A DNA stretch of 64,000 nucleotides from Methanobacteriota archaeon (GTDB lineage: Archaea > Methanobacteriota > Methanobacteria > Methanobacteriales > Methanobacteriaceae). Positions 45,715-56,501 of the stretch are shown one piece after another. Where the stretch lies: assembly GCA_963787255.1 (NCBI GenBank), contig CAWBCJ010000018.1, positions 96,001-160,000 on the forward strand, given 5' to 3'. The notes under the pieces are model-generated. The model was given only the letters and a program-made list of their open reading frames with translations. It did no database searches and was not told the DNA's origin. Made by a program: the position numbers and the translations under genes. How positions within the stretch are numbered: the first letter of the stretch is position 1; the number at the start of each line of letters is the position of its first letter.

Positions 45715-47643
45715 ATGCTGCAGGATCAGGAGGGAATATTTATTAATCGATATTTACTGCTTATTGTATTTTTAATAGCTTTTAATGTCTTTTTAAATGT
45801 AAACAGTGCCCATGCAGAAGATATATGCTATGATACAAATCAATCGGATAACTGTTCAAATGTTGTTTCTGATTCTAAACCTACTAATAATGATTCGGGG
45901 TCATTTAATAATTTAACTTATAACGATACAAATGATTTAAATTTGAATTCAATAGATACCGAAATGAGTGCTGCTGGCTCAGAAGAGATTTATAATTTTA
46001 ATTTAAATCAGATTAAGGATGCTGCTTCTACACTTAGAATTTACATTGATACTAATCATAAATTACCCAATTATGTGCTAATTGGATCAAGTCAAATAAG
46101 CACACCTCAATTTTTAGAATTGTTAACAACTGCTTTACTTCAAATTAACAATGGAAATAGTAATTTAATACCCTTAAGAGAATTCAACACGCCTACAAGT
46201 CCAAGAGAAGATATACATGCGGGTAATATTCCCCGAGCAGAATTTTTAAAGATTGCGAACGACATTAAAAACTACATGGACAGTACAGGTAAAACACCAG
46301 ACTTCGCATATGGTACCAGTCTGGGTACTTATCTCAGATTTGAGAACCTCGTTTATATGTACACTATGATTCTAGATTACTATAATTCGAGTGGTAAGAT
46401 GGCTGACTGGGCAGGGATGGAGCCTTGGAGTGTTATAGTTTCTAAGCCTGTTTTGGATCCAAATGCACCAAAATTCACAGTAAATCAGATTAAGGACGCT
46501 GCTTCAACAGTAAGATCTATCTATTGAAATCGATTGCAGACTACCAGATTATGTGTTAATTGGATCAAGTCATGTGACTATGTCCCAGTTCTTGGAATTA
46601 CTAACCACAGCATTATTACAGATTAACAATGGAAACAATAATACAATGCCATTAAGAAACTTCACAGCACCTACTAGCCCAAAAGACAATATTCGCCCCG
46701 GCAACATTTATAAAGCAGAATACTTGAAAATTGCAAAGACATCAAAAACTACATGGATAGTAGTGGTAAAACACCAGAGTTTGCATACCAGACTAGCTTG
46801 GGAACATGTTTAGGATTTGAGAACCTGGTTTATATGTACACTATGATTCTGGATTATCATAATTCGAGTGGTAAGATGGCTGATTGGGCAGGAATGAAAC
46901 CATGGTGTGTTGTTAAGAGTCCGGTTCTTGCATATTTAACTGTTGATCAAGTTAAGGATGCTGCAAGTACTTTAAGGCAATATATTGAATCATACAATAA
47001 ACTTCCCACTAATTTGAATATTGGAAATTGGGATGTGAATATGTCACAATTTCTTGAAATTTTAGTTACTGCCACCATACAAATCAACAATGGAAACAAC
47101 AATCCTATACCATTAAGGGCTTTTAATGCACCTACAAGTCCAAGGGAGGATATTCATGCAGGTAATATTTATAAAGCAGAATACTTGAAAATTGCAGGAG
47201 ATATTAAAAACTACATGGACAATACAGGTAAAGCACCAGACTTCGCATACGGGACAAGCATTGGGACTTTTTTAAGGTTTGAGAATCTGGTTTACATGTA
47301 CAGTATGATTATGGATTATTACAATACCAGTGGAAATGTAGCAGTCTATGCCGCAATGAGACCCTGGTCGAAATACGATTATTATATTGAATTTGAGAAA
47401 GTATTTGCTGAAGGAAAATGCTCTTGTAGTTTATATACTGATTATAATGTCCATACTGGAACATATGTTAATTATTGTCCCTACTGCCAAAAATACGGCA
47501 CTTTAACCTATACTAACCAGCAAGGATGTCCAGAGGGAATGTTTTATTGTGACATGTGTAAAGGAGGCTGTGATGCAGACTTCTGTATTGTACACGGTAA
47601 AGCACATACAAACACTAATGCAAAATTCTTAACGCCTGCATAA
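45715..47643 (+). CDS. Secreted pseudomurein-binding-repeat protein with Cys/His-rich C-terminal domain; two frameshifts
   Basis: Signal peptide ending VNSAHA; three ~160-aa units (QIKDAAS..LPNYV..QFLELL..KIA.DIKNYMD..GK.P.F..ENLVYMY); frameshifts near 46520 and 46738 join three ORF-track pieces. Confidence 0.8.
45997..47370 (+). repeat. Three direct repeats of about 470-480 bp encoding pseudomurein-binding modules
   Basis: Recurrent DNA: aaaaactacatgga, tttgagaac/tct.gtttata/catgtaca, aattcgagtggtaagatggctga, cctacaagtccaag. Confidence 0.8.
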
Positions 47644-47708
47644 AAAAAAGTTTTTATTTTTTAAATATATTTTTAACTATTATTAATAAATGATATAATA
47701 TAATCAAC

Positions 47709-47804
47709 ATGAATTGGAGAAAAATTGACTGGAAAGAGATTGCTGTTGGTTTAATTGTGGGTATTGTATTAACCATACTACTTAAAATGAAGTTTAATCC
47801 CTGA
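47709..47804 (+). CDS. Putative 31-aa single-pass membrane peptide
   Basis: MNWRKIDWKEIAVGLIVGIVLTILLKMKFNP; below ORF-track cutoff. Confidence 0.4.
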   Translation: MNWRKIDWKEIAVGLIVGIVLTILLKMKFNP

Positions 47805-47857
47805 TTTTATAAATAAACAATTTTTTAATCCAATTATTAATAATTTGAGGATAATAA

Positions 47858-48346
47858 ATGAAATATAAAATACTTTTAATTGGAATTATTATTTTAGTAA
47901 TTGCTTTTTCAGGCTGTATTGGAACCGAAGAATTAAATAAGTCATCAAAAGTAAGCATTAATGATTCAAATGGTTCTAATTCTTCAACCCTAGAAAATGT
48001 CAACAAAACCAATTTTAAATATGAAGCAAGTGGTTATTGCCCCCATGTTGTTGATGGTGATACCATTGATGTAGAAGGAGTGGGAAGAATACGATTTGTA
48101 GGTGTTAACACTCCTGAAAGGGGTGAAAGAGGTTATCAGGAAGCTAAAGATTTTGTAACAGTTTCATGCCTTGGAAAAACAGTTGGTTTAGATATAGACA
48201 ATGCTAAACACTATGATAAATATGGCAGAGTTCTTGCGGTAGTTTATGTTGATGGTGTTAATTTAAATGCAGAACTTTTAAAAAGGGGATATGCAGAGGT
48301 TCTTTATATCCCTCCTTCTGAATTTAATCCTTATTCATGGAAATAG
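47858..48346 (+). CDS. Thermonuclease (SNase) family lipoprotein
   Basis: Lipobox-like AFSGC; VVDGDTI, IRFVGVNTPE, DKYGRVLA, LLKRGYA. Confidence 0.9.
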   Translation: MKYKILLIGIIILVIAFSGCIGTEELNKSSKVSINDSNGSNSSTLENVNKTNFKYEASGYCPHVVDGDTIDVEGVGRIRFVGVNTPERGERGYQEAKDFVTVSCLGKTVGLDIDNAKHYDKYGRVLAVVYVDGVNLNAELLKRGYAEVLYIPPSEFNPYSWK

Positions 48347-48485
48347 AATTTAATTATTACTTTTTTTATAGCTCCTATTTGGATATTTTTTATTGATTAG
48401 GATTTATTATATATAATCATTTTAAGATTGCTTGAGTATTTAAATGCTCCATTTAATCAATCATGATAAAAAAATTAAATAAAAT

Positions 48486-48788
48486 TTATTCTACTGGAAC
48501 ATTTTTACCTTCTTTAGTTTCTATAATAGGTACTTTAACTGTTAAAAGGCCATTTTCAAAGGATGCATTACTTTCATCAGCATTAAATTCATGGGCAAGC
48601 ACCCAACATCCCGTATATTCCATATTTTTCCGCGGAGCACGAACACAGAAGGTATTTTCGGTTATTTTAACGTCAATATCATCCTTATTTACTCCTGGAA
48701 GTTCAATTTCTAATATATATTCATCTTCAGTATGGTAAATGAATGCTGCAGGAGATACAGGTATCTTTTGATTTTCTTCTTCGGCCAT
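48486..48788 (-). CDS. Small heat-shock protein Hsp20
   Basis: ELPGVNKDDI, ASFENGLLTVKVP. Confidence 0.9.
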   Translation of the reverse strand: MAEEENQKIPVSPAAFIYHTEDEYILEIELPGVNKDDIDVKITENTFCVRAPRKNMEYTGCWVLAHEFNADESNASFENGLLTVKVPIIETKEGKNVPVE

Positions 48789-48973
48789 AAAAAATCACCA
48801 TATAATACTTTTATTAAAATAAGTATTTAAACATTTTTATAATCTTATTACTAGCTTAAATCATAAAATAATACTATTTATTGAATATTTTGATATCTAA
48901 GGTTATAATATAAACTTAAAAATTAGAAAAAATCCCTATTATTAATTTAAAATAAGAAAAATATAAAAATTAA

Positions 48974-49432
48974 TCACAAAGAGTAATATTCTCCATCTTT
49001 CATCTGAATCTTCTTAATTAAACCCTTATTTTCAAGCTCTACAATCAAATGGTACATCGCAATGTTACCCAGTTTCAAATCACCATAAAGCAGATTTCCC
49101 TCCAAAGCATATCTCGAAATAAGACCATCATTTGAAATATTTTTAATTATTTCAAATGCTTTTTTTTCAGTTTGGTTTAAATCTTCTTTTACGACCTCTG
49201 CCCTGGAGTCAACGACATTTATTTTAGAATCGACGGTTTTAGTCAATATGTAATCGTCAGACAAAGAAATAAGCCTTTTAATTTCCAAATTACCAAGAAT
49301 ATCCCTTAATTTAGTTTCTGATAGATCTAAATCCATTTTTAGAATATTATAAGGAACACCATCCCTATATTCTGATTGAAAATATTTAATTTGATTGAAA
49401 ATGAAATTCTCTTTTTTAGTAATGGTGATCAT
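48974..49432 (-). CDS. Hypothetical protein with two winged-helix-like repeats
   Basis: Two LE.K.LI motifs (LEIKRLI, LENKGLI) preceded by helical segments. Confidence 0.55.
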   Translation of the reverse strand: MITITKKENFIFNQIKYFQSEYRDGVPYNILKMDLDLSETKLRDILGNLEIKRLISLSDDYILTKTVDSKINVVDSRAEVVKEDLNQTEKKAFEIIKNISNDGLISRYALEGNLLYGDLKLGNIAMYHLIVELENKGLIKKIQMKDGEYYSL

Positions 49433-49661
49433 AAAGATAAGATTGGATTTAATTGAACTTATTTTTAACTGATTCAGATTTAGAATATTAAAATAAAAAA
49501 CAGTTTTTAGTATTATATTTTAATAATGAATATTTTATCCTTAAATACTAATTAAATGAGTTGAAGGAACTAAAATCGGCCATTTGGATAGATAAGGTTT
49601 TATATAAGTAATAACATTATTATATGGTGAATATCATTTTCTACAGGTTATGGTGAACTAA

Positions 49662-50726
49662 TTGCTTGATTCTCTATATGAAAAAGCACTGGAAAAAAAG
49701 GATGAATTAAATTATAAATTAAAAAAAGATTTGGATAACATTAATATTAATCCTTACGAATTTTGGATAAATGAAACAATAAAAGAAGATGAATTAGACA
49801 TTACAATATCTGGCGGAGATGGAAGCCGTTATTCAAAGGAATTTATGAGTTTTGCATTATATGCTGTTGGTGCAGAATGCTTAATATATAACACTAATGG
49901 CCTTGAAAGCGTTGAATGTTGCGATATTGACATTCTACGCCCATATAGTTACGTTAAAAACCGACTAGATAATTATATGAGAATATTAGAAGTTAAAACT
50001 AATCTTAAAGCACTAAAACTTTTCGATATTGATCTTATTTTATTTGATGGTTCTATTTTAGGCGATATTATTAGACCCTCGCCTCTAGAAAACATGCTTC
50101 CAGACAGTACAAGAGAAGAAATAAAATCTAAATATTTAAACAAACTAGAAAGTTCGTTAGAAAGTGAAGAAACACAAATAATATCACCTAAACTATTTAA
50201 TTTAATTGAAACCGATTTTAAAAAACGTAAGATAGAAGCAATGATTTATCTTGAAAGTCTGGAAAATCTCGTATCACTTAAGACCTTCCTAGAAAAAACC
50301 AGTAATATTGTTGCTATTTCCAAGACATCGGCAAGATCAGACTATTTTGACTCATATATTCCAGATATTGCAATATTTGATAGTTTTAATAAAAAACAAG
50401 GCTATTCTAAACCAAAATATTTTAAAATATCTGAAATTGGAAACAGAAAATTTCCAGTATACAATGAATTCTTTAAAGAGCTTACTTTCACAATTTTTTA
50501 TGCAAGATTGGATAATTTTAAGAATGTTATTAAAGTTGAATTACCCTATGAAGCCAATGAAAGTGAAATAAGAAGAATACTAAGTAAAATAAAGTGTGTA
50601 TGTGCCGATGGTTACCCTCACCTACTGAAAAAGGCCCATCACGATGTTGTAGTTAAAAAAACTGATCTTGAAAGGATCATAAAAATAATGGGATTCATAG
50701 AAAAAACTGGGAGAGAAATACTATGA
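49662..50726 (+). CDS. nurA: DNA double-strand break repair nuclease NurA
   Basis: GDGS, FDGS, ISKTS, GYPHLLKKAHHDV; first gene of the repair operon. Confidence 0.92.
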   Translation: MLDSLYEKALEKKDELNYKLKKDLDNININPYEFWINETIKEDELDITISGGDGSRYSKEFMSFALYAVGAECLIYNTNGLESVECCDIDILRPYSYVKNRLDNYMRILEVKTNLKALKLFDIDLILFDGSILGDIIRPSPLENMLPDSTREEIKSKYLNKLESSLESEETQIISPKLFNLIETDFKKRKIEAMIYLESLENLVSLKTFLEKTSNIVAISKTSARSDYFDSYIPDIAIFDSFNKKQGYSKPKYFKISEIGNRKFPVYNEFFKELTFTIFYARLDNFKNVIKVELPYEANESEIRRILSKIKCVCADGYPHLLKKAHHDVVVKKTDLERIIKIMGFIEKTGREIL

Positions 50727-52234
50727 CCAGAACAATTGGAAGATGTATTGGGGAAACTTCTCCAGTCGAAGTAAGTTTTATCTCAAAGAAAATGCCGAGA
50801 ATTGGAGAATACGTATCAATGGAATACGATGGCAAAAAAGTGCTAGGAATGATCGAATCATTAGTAAGAGGCAGTGTTTCTATTAACGATGATATCTATG
50901 ATCCTAAAACTGTGGAGCGAATTAAAGAAATAGAAGGGGATGACCATTATATTAGAGGAAATGTCCGTATTTTAGGGGATATAGAAAAACTGAGAATTCC
51001 AAGAACTCCTCCCATGCCTGGAACTGAAATAAAAATTGCGGATTCCAATATTCTTAAAAAGATCTTTGAAATAGAAGGCAATGGTCTAAAATTAGGCAAT
51101 TTAATCAGTCAAGAAGAAGTTGAAGTTGAAGTTGATATAAATAAAATGATAACACGTCATCTAGCAATTTTGGCCATGACTGGTGCCGGAAAGTCCAATA
51201 CAGTAGCAGTAATCATTAACGGAATATTAAAAGTAAACGGCTGCGTTATAATATTTGATATGCACTCTGAATATGTAAATGCAGAATTTGAATATGGTGG
51301 AGTTAACCCTATTAAAGCTAGAATCAATCCATTGTACCTTTCATTTTCTGAAATTAAAAAATTGGCTAATATTCCTGAAAAAGCTTACATTCAGGAAAGA
51401 TACTTTAGAATGGCGCATAAAAAAGCTAAAAATGCAATTGAAAATGGTACAAGTCTGGATTATTTCACAATTATAAACGGAATACTTGAAAAATGGATAG
51501 AAATCGATGATCCTCAATTTAACGATAAAAAATCAATTACTGCTGTTTTAAATAAAATGGATGATTTGAAAAATAAATACAGCAGCATTTTAGACTTAAA
51601 TTCACCGGATATATTGGATAAAGTAAAATTAGATTCTGCAAACGTTATTGATATGGGGTCTGTTGATGAAAAGGCTGCAGAAATAATTGTAAGTCATGTG
51701 TTAAGAAATGCTTTAAATAAAAGAAAAAACCATATTCGGAAAGAAGAAAAAGACATTCTTAGTCATCCTGTTTTTTTTGTACTTGAAGAGGCACATATTT
51801 TAGCCCCTAAAAGTCGCCCAACACGTTCAAAATACTGGATAAGTAGAATTGCAAGAGAAGGAAGAAAATTTGGGGTTGGTTTATGTCTTGTAAGTCAAAG
51901 TCCTAAATCATTAGATCCTGATTCACTTTCTCAAGCGAATAACATGATTATTTTAAGATTAGTCGAGCCTCAAGACCAGAGACATGTTCAAACTGCCAGT
52001 GAAAGCTTAAGCGATGATCTTGTTAAACAGTTACCATCATTAAATATAGGAGAAGCCATAGTATTAGGTCTAATGAGTAAAATTCCTACGCTTGTAAAAA
52101 TTGACGAATTTGCAGGTAAATTGTCTGGGGGAGATTTAGACATAGTTGCTGAATGGAATAAAGCTATAGAAGGAGAAAAACGAATTCTTCAAGAGCAGGA
52201 AGACGAATTGGATGAATTGGAGGAAGAGTACTGA
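50723..52234 (+). CDS. herA: HerA helicase/ATPase
   Basis: HAS barrel, RHLAILAMTGAGKS, DMHSEY, LEEAH, IAREGRKFGVG. Confidence 0.93.
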   Translation: MTRTIGRCIGETSPVEVSFISKKMPRIGEYVSMEYDGKKVLGMIESLVRGSVSINDDIYDPKTVERIKEIEGDDHYIRGNVRILGDIEKLRIPRTPPMPGTEIKIADSNILKKIFEIEGNGLKLGNLISQEEVEVEVDINKMITRHLAILAMTGAGKSNTVAVIINGILKVNGCVIIFDMHSEYVNAEFEYGGVNPIKARINPLYLSFSEIKKLANIPEKAYIQERYFRMAHKKAKNAIENGTSLDYFTIINGILEKWIEIDDPQFNDKKSITAVLNKMDDLKNKYSSILDLNSPDILDKVKLDSANVIDMGSVDEKAAEIIVSHVLRNALNKRKNHIRKEEKDILSHPVFFVLEEAHILAPKSRPTRSKYWISRIAREGRKFGVGLCLVSQSPKSLDPDSLSQANNMIILRLVEPQDQRHVQTASESLSDDLVKQLPSLNIGEAIVLGLMSKIPTLVKIDEFAGKLSGGDLDIVAEWNKAIEGEKRILQEQEDELDELEEEY

Positions 52235-53361
52235 TGAGATTTGCGCATATCGCAGATACACATTTAGGTTATAGGCAATACGGCCTTTTTGAAAGGGAAA
52301 TGGACTTTTATAATCATTATAATCTGCTTATTGATAAAATCATTGAAGAAAGGCCTGATTTTGTTATTCATTCTGGTGATCTTTTTGAAAATTCAAGACC
52401 TCCAACAAAAGCGCTTCTAACTGCCCAGGATAACTTTTTAAAATTTAAGGAAGAAAATATTCCTGTTTATGCGATTGCAGGTAACCATGATATTGTAATG
52501 AGGAAAAATGCGCTTCCTCCACAAGTTTTATACAAAAAGTTTGGTTTGAAGTTAATTGGACCTAATAATCCGTATTATGATCATGAGGGTATTTTTATTG
52601 GGGGATCGCCTTATAGATCCAAATATCATTCTAAATCTCTTTTAAAAAGTATTGAATCTCTTGAAAATGAATCTCGAGGGTATAAAAAGAAGATAATTGT
52701 ATTGCATCAATCTATTGACAAATATTTACCCTTTGAATTTGAATTAAAGATAGGAGATCTACCTACTAGTTTTAATTATTATGCTTTTGGCCATCTGCAT
52801 GCTAGAATATTGGAAGATTTTGGAGAAGGAAGACTTGCATATCCGGGATGTCCTGAAATATGGAGAATGGATGAGCTTGGAAACTACAAGAAAAGAGGAA
52901 AAGGATTTAACCTTGTTGATATGGAAGAAGATATTCCTGCAGTTGAAGAGATTAATGTGAAAATATCACGTAAGATTCTTCAAAGGAGAGTTAAATATTC
53001 CAATTTTGATGATGAAATCAAAGAATTGAGAGATTTAATCATTAAAATAGATAAAAAGCCTATTGTGGAGTTAATAATTGAAGGTAAGTCATATAATCGT
53101 TCTTTAGTGCATGAAAATCTTAATAAGTTCTTTATGGATATCACTTTACAAATTCGTCCAAAATATGAATCTGGAGCAGTTCTAGAAAATGGAATTATTG
53201 AAACTGAAACATTGAATATTCATGATTTAATGATTGAAAGGTTAAATGAATACGATGAAGAAATCGCTGATTTTTCATTGGCTTTATTTGAAAGACTTTC
53301 AGCTGGTAATAATGAAGATGCAGCGATGATAACAAAGAAATTTTATGAGGAATTCCAGTGA
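52234..53361 (+). CDS. mre11: Mre11 nuclease
   Basis: DTHLG, GDLF, GNHD, HQ, GHLH phosphoesterase motifs. Confidence 0.93.
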   Translation: MRFAHIADTHLGYRQYGLFEREMDFYNHYNLLIDKIIEERPDFVIHSGDLFENSRPPTKALLTAQDNFLKFKEENIPVYAIAGNHDIVMRKNALPPQVLYKKFGLKLIGPNNPYYDHEGIFIGGSPYRSKYHSKSLLKSIESLENESRGYKKKIIVLHQSIDKYLPFEFELKIGDLPTSFNYYAFGHLHARILEDFGEGRLAYPGCPEIWRMDELGNYKKRGKGFNLVDMEEDIPAVEEINVKISRKILQRRVKYSNFDDEIKELRDLIIKIDKKPIVELIIEGKSYNRSLVHENLNKFFMDITLQIRPKYESGAVLENGIIETETLNIHDLMIERLNEYDEEIADFSLALFERLSAGNNEDAAMITKKFYEEFQ

Positions 53362-56056
53362 TTATTAAAACAATTGAGCTTGAAAATTTTAAATCTCATT
53401 TGAATACTCAAGTTGATTTTGATACGGGAATTTCAATAATTATGGGGGATAATGGGGCAGGAAAATCCAGTATTCTTGAATCAATTAGTTTTGCACTTTT
53501 TAAGGAATATGCCAGCAAAAAAATGGATAAGCTCATAAACAATGATAAAAATAAAATGCAGGTTACTGTAGAGTTTGTTGCTAACGGTAGAACATATAAA
53601 GTTGTTCGAAAAAGAAAAAGAAATTCAAGTCCAGAATCAATGCTTTATATTGGCGATGAGGGTAGATTTTCATTAATAGAGAAGGGTGATGCGGCGGTAA
53701 GTGAAGAAATAGAGAAAATTATTGAATCTAGATAAAAATCTATTTTTAAATGCTGTATATGTTAGACAGGGAGAAATAGCAAATTTAATTACTAAAAATC
53801 CTTCAGAGAAAAAGGAAATGATGGGTAGGCTTCTAGGTGTTGATGAGCTTGAAAGTTCATGGAAAAACATGAAATTTGTAATTGATGATTATAGGAAGCA
53901 GGAAATTCGTATTAACGGGAAATTAGAGAATTTTAGCAATGCTGAAGAGGATTTAAAGAATAAAGAGAAGAAAAAAGATGAATTGGACCTTTTATTTAAA
54001 GAAAGGGAATTAGAATTAAAGAGAACAGAAGAAAAGGTCCTTAAGTTAAAAAGAGTTAAAGAATTCTTTGACCAGAAAGAAATTGATTTTAATAAAATAT
54101 CTCAAAAAATTGAACATGACAAATTAATGCTTAATAGACTTAACAGCACTATGGATGAGCTGTCTAATCAGATTAATGAAATAAATCTTAAAGAATCCAG
54201 AATAGAAGAGATAAAGCCTGAAATAAGTAAAATAGTAATCTTAGAAGATCTGAAGGATAAAATATTGAATTTAAGAGAATTGGAAAGGGAAGAAATACAT
54301 ATAGATAAGTCTCTTAAAAAAATTGAATTTTTTAAAAATATTATATCTGGAACTAAGGAGTTTCATGATAAATTTGTCACTTTAGAAGCTCAAATTATTG
54401 AATTTACCAATTCCAGGAAAGAATTTGAGGGTAGCGACACATTGAAGAATAATTTTGAAAGTAATATTAAAAATCTTTCAATGGAACTGGAAGGATTAGA
54501 AAAATCAATTTCTATTAAACTTAAAGAATATGGAGAAATTCTTGGGGAAGAAGCAGGTTCTATAACTGAACTTGAATCCAATCTTGTAACAAAAAGGCAG
54601 GAAATCAAGGAAAACATTAAACAAAATCAGGAACATGTGAATGAATTTAATTCAAAAATTTCTGACCTTAAAGGTCAAAATAAGGAAATATTAAAAGCAG
54701 TTGAAGAATTGAAAAATGCTGAAGATACATGTCCTGTATGTGAATCTGATCTAGAAGAAAGTAGAAGGGAAGAATTGTTAGAAAAATACAAAGCGCAAAT
54801 AGAGAAAAATAATAATGAAATTATTTCTTCTAAGAATAATTTGAGGATATGGAATTCTGAAAGGGAATTTTTAGAGGAAAAGAGCCTTAATATTGATAAA
54901 ATAAATATTGATGTCCTTAAAAAAGATTCAATAGATACTGAAAAGAAAGGTAAGGAAATTAATGAACTTAAACTTCAATTAATAGAAATAGAAAAATCTC
55001 TTAAAAATTTAAGAGATATTGATTCAAAATTAGATGAAAAGAGAACATTAAAGGATGAATTAAGGGATTATCATCAAAAATATCTTGGGGCAAAAAATTC
55101 TTTAAAGGCAATGGAAAATCCTGAAGAACTTTTAAATTCTTTTAATGATATTAAAAAGGATATTGAACCTTTAAAATCTGGAATTATTAAGCTTTGCAAT
55201 GAGATTAATGTTGAAGAAGAACAAGTGAGTGCTGAACTTGATAATCTCCGAATAGTGAAAGGTGATTTTGATAGACTTAATGGAGAAGTTAAGGTTAAAG
55301 AAGAAGTTTTAAAGAATTTAAGCAAGGTTAAAGATGAGATTGTGACTATTTCTAAAGAATTAGAAGCTGAAGAAGTAAAAATTAATGAAATTGGTTATGA
55401 AAGTGGAAAGCATGATATTGCAAGGGATGATTTAGAAATTTGTCAAAATGAGTTTGATAATTTGCAAAAGCAGGTTGGGAGCGTTAAAGGACAGCTTGAT
55501 GGTATTGTTGAAAGGTTGGATGAACTTAAAAAAGAAGTTGAGCTTCTAATTAATGATAAAAAAGAATTACTAAAAATTGGGCGGTTTATTGAATTATTAA
55601 ATGAAATTAGGAGGGTATATGGTAAGGATGGTCTTCAAAAGGATACTGAGGAATAAATCAAGACCGTTAATTGAAAAGAATACTCTTGATTTCTTCAATA
55701 AATTTAATTTTGAATATTCTGATATAAAACTTAATGAAGATTATGATGTTACGTTATTTGGGCCCTCTGGAGAAAATACTTTGGATATGATAAGTGGTGG
55801 GGAAATTATTGCGGCGGCAATTGCTTTAAGGTTGGGGATTGCTAAAACTTTGGTAAAAGGTAATTTGGAGCTTATGATATTAGATGAGCCAACTGTTCAT
55901 CTTGACTCTTACCGCAGGCATGAGCTTATAGATGTAATTAAAAAGCTTTCAGTTATACCGCAAATGATAATTGTTACTCATGACTCTGGTTTAGAAGAGG
56001 CAGCAGATAATATTCTTAAAATAGAAAAGGAAAATGGTGTATCTAGTATAGTATAG
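53358..56056 (+). CDS. rad50: Rad50 SMC-like ATPase, split by two apparent +1 frameshifts
   Basis: GDNGAGKS, Q-loop YVRQGEI, coiled coil with CPVC zinc hook, ISGGE signature, LDEPT, VTHD; shifts near 53719 and 55643. Confidence 0.9.
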
Positions 56057-56339
56057 ATACATTCTTTTTCATTTATTCTCTTTTTCATATGAAATTCAGT
56101 AAACAGATCTTTAAATTAAATAAAGTAAAATTACTTTTCAAAAATTAAAGAATTAAAAATTCAGAAGTTCTCCACCCGTGGGTGAACTAAAAATAGGCTT
56201 TTAACTTCACATCAACTAGGATCTGCACAATAGATACTCAATGAAATTCAGTGGTTTATCGATAATTTATTTTGTCTCATTTTTATCTTTCTCCATAAAA
56301 AGAAATAATATTACCAACATAATATATCCTGTTATTCTA

Positions 56340-56466
56340 ATGCAGCTAAAAAATTCTCATAATAGAGGATGAAAACATGGAAGCCTTAGATTATTAAGCG
56401 CACCTTAGAATTCTTCGGATGAAGTACTGTATATAACTCCTTGGCGAAGAAGCTATAAATAAAGCA
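56340..56466 (+). pseudogene. Remnant of a response-regulator receiver domain gene
   Basis: Fragments read KILIIEDENMEALD / IKRTLEFFG / GEEAINKA across frameshifts and stops. Confidence 0.6.
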
Positions 56467-56501
56467 TTTTTTTGATACATTTGTTATATGAGGTTATATT
56501 G

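Noticed and set aside
49662-52234. HerA plus nuclease as an anti-phage defence system
   Set aside because: Canonical archaeal nurA-herA-mre11-rad50 housekeeping operon
53700-55660. Programmed frameshifting in rad50
   Set aside because: No clear slippery heptamer or stimulatory structure at either site, and unrelated neighbouring genes show similar indels
56166-56188. GC-rich hairpin agttctccacccgtgggtgaact, loosely like a type I-E CRISPR repeat
   Set aside because: Single copy; no repeat-spacer periodicity and no cas genes in the window
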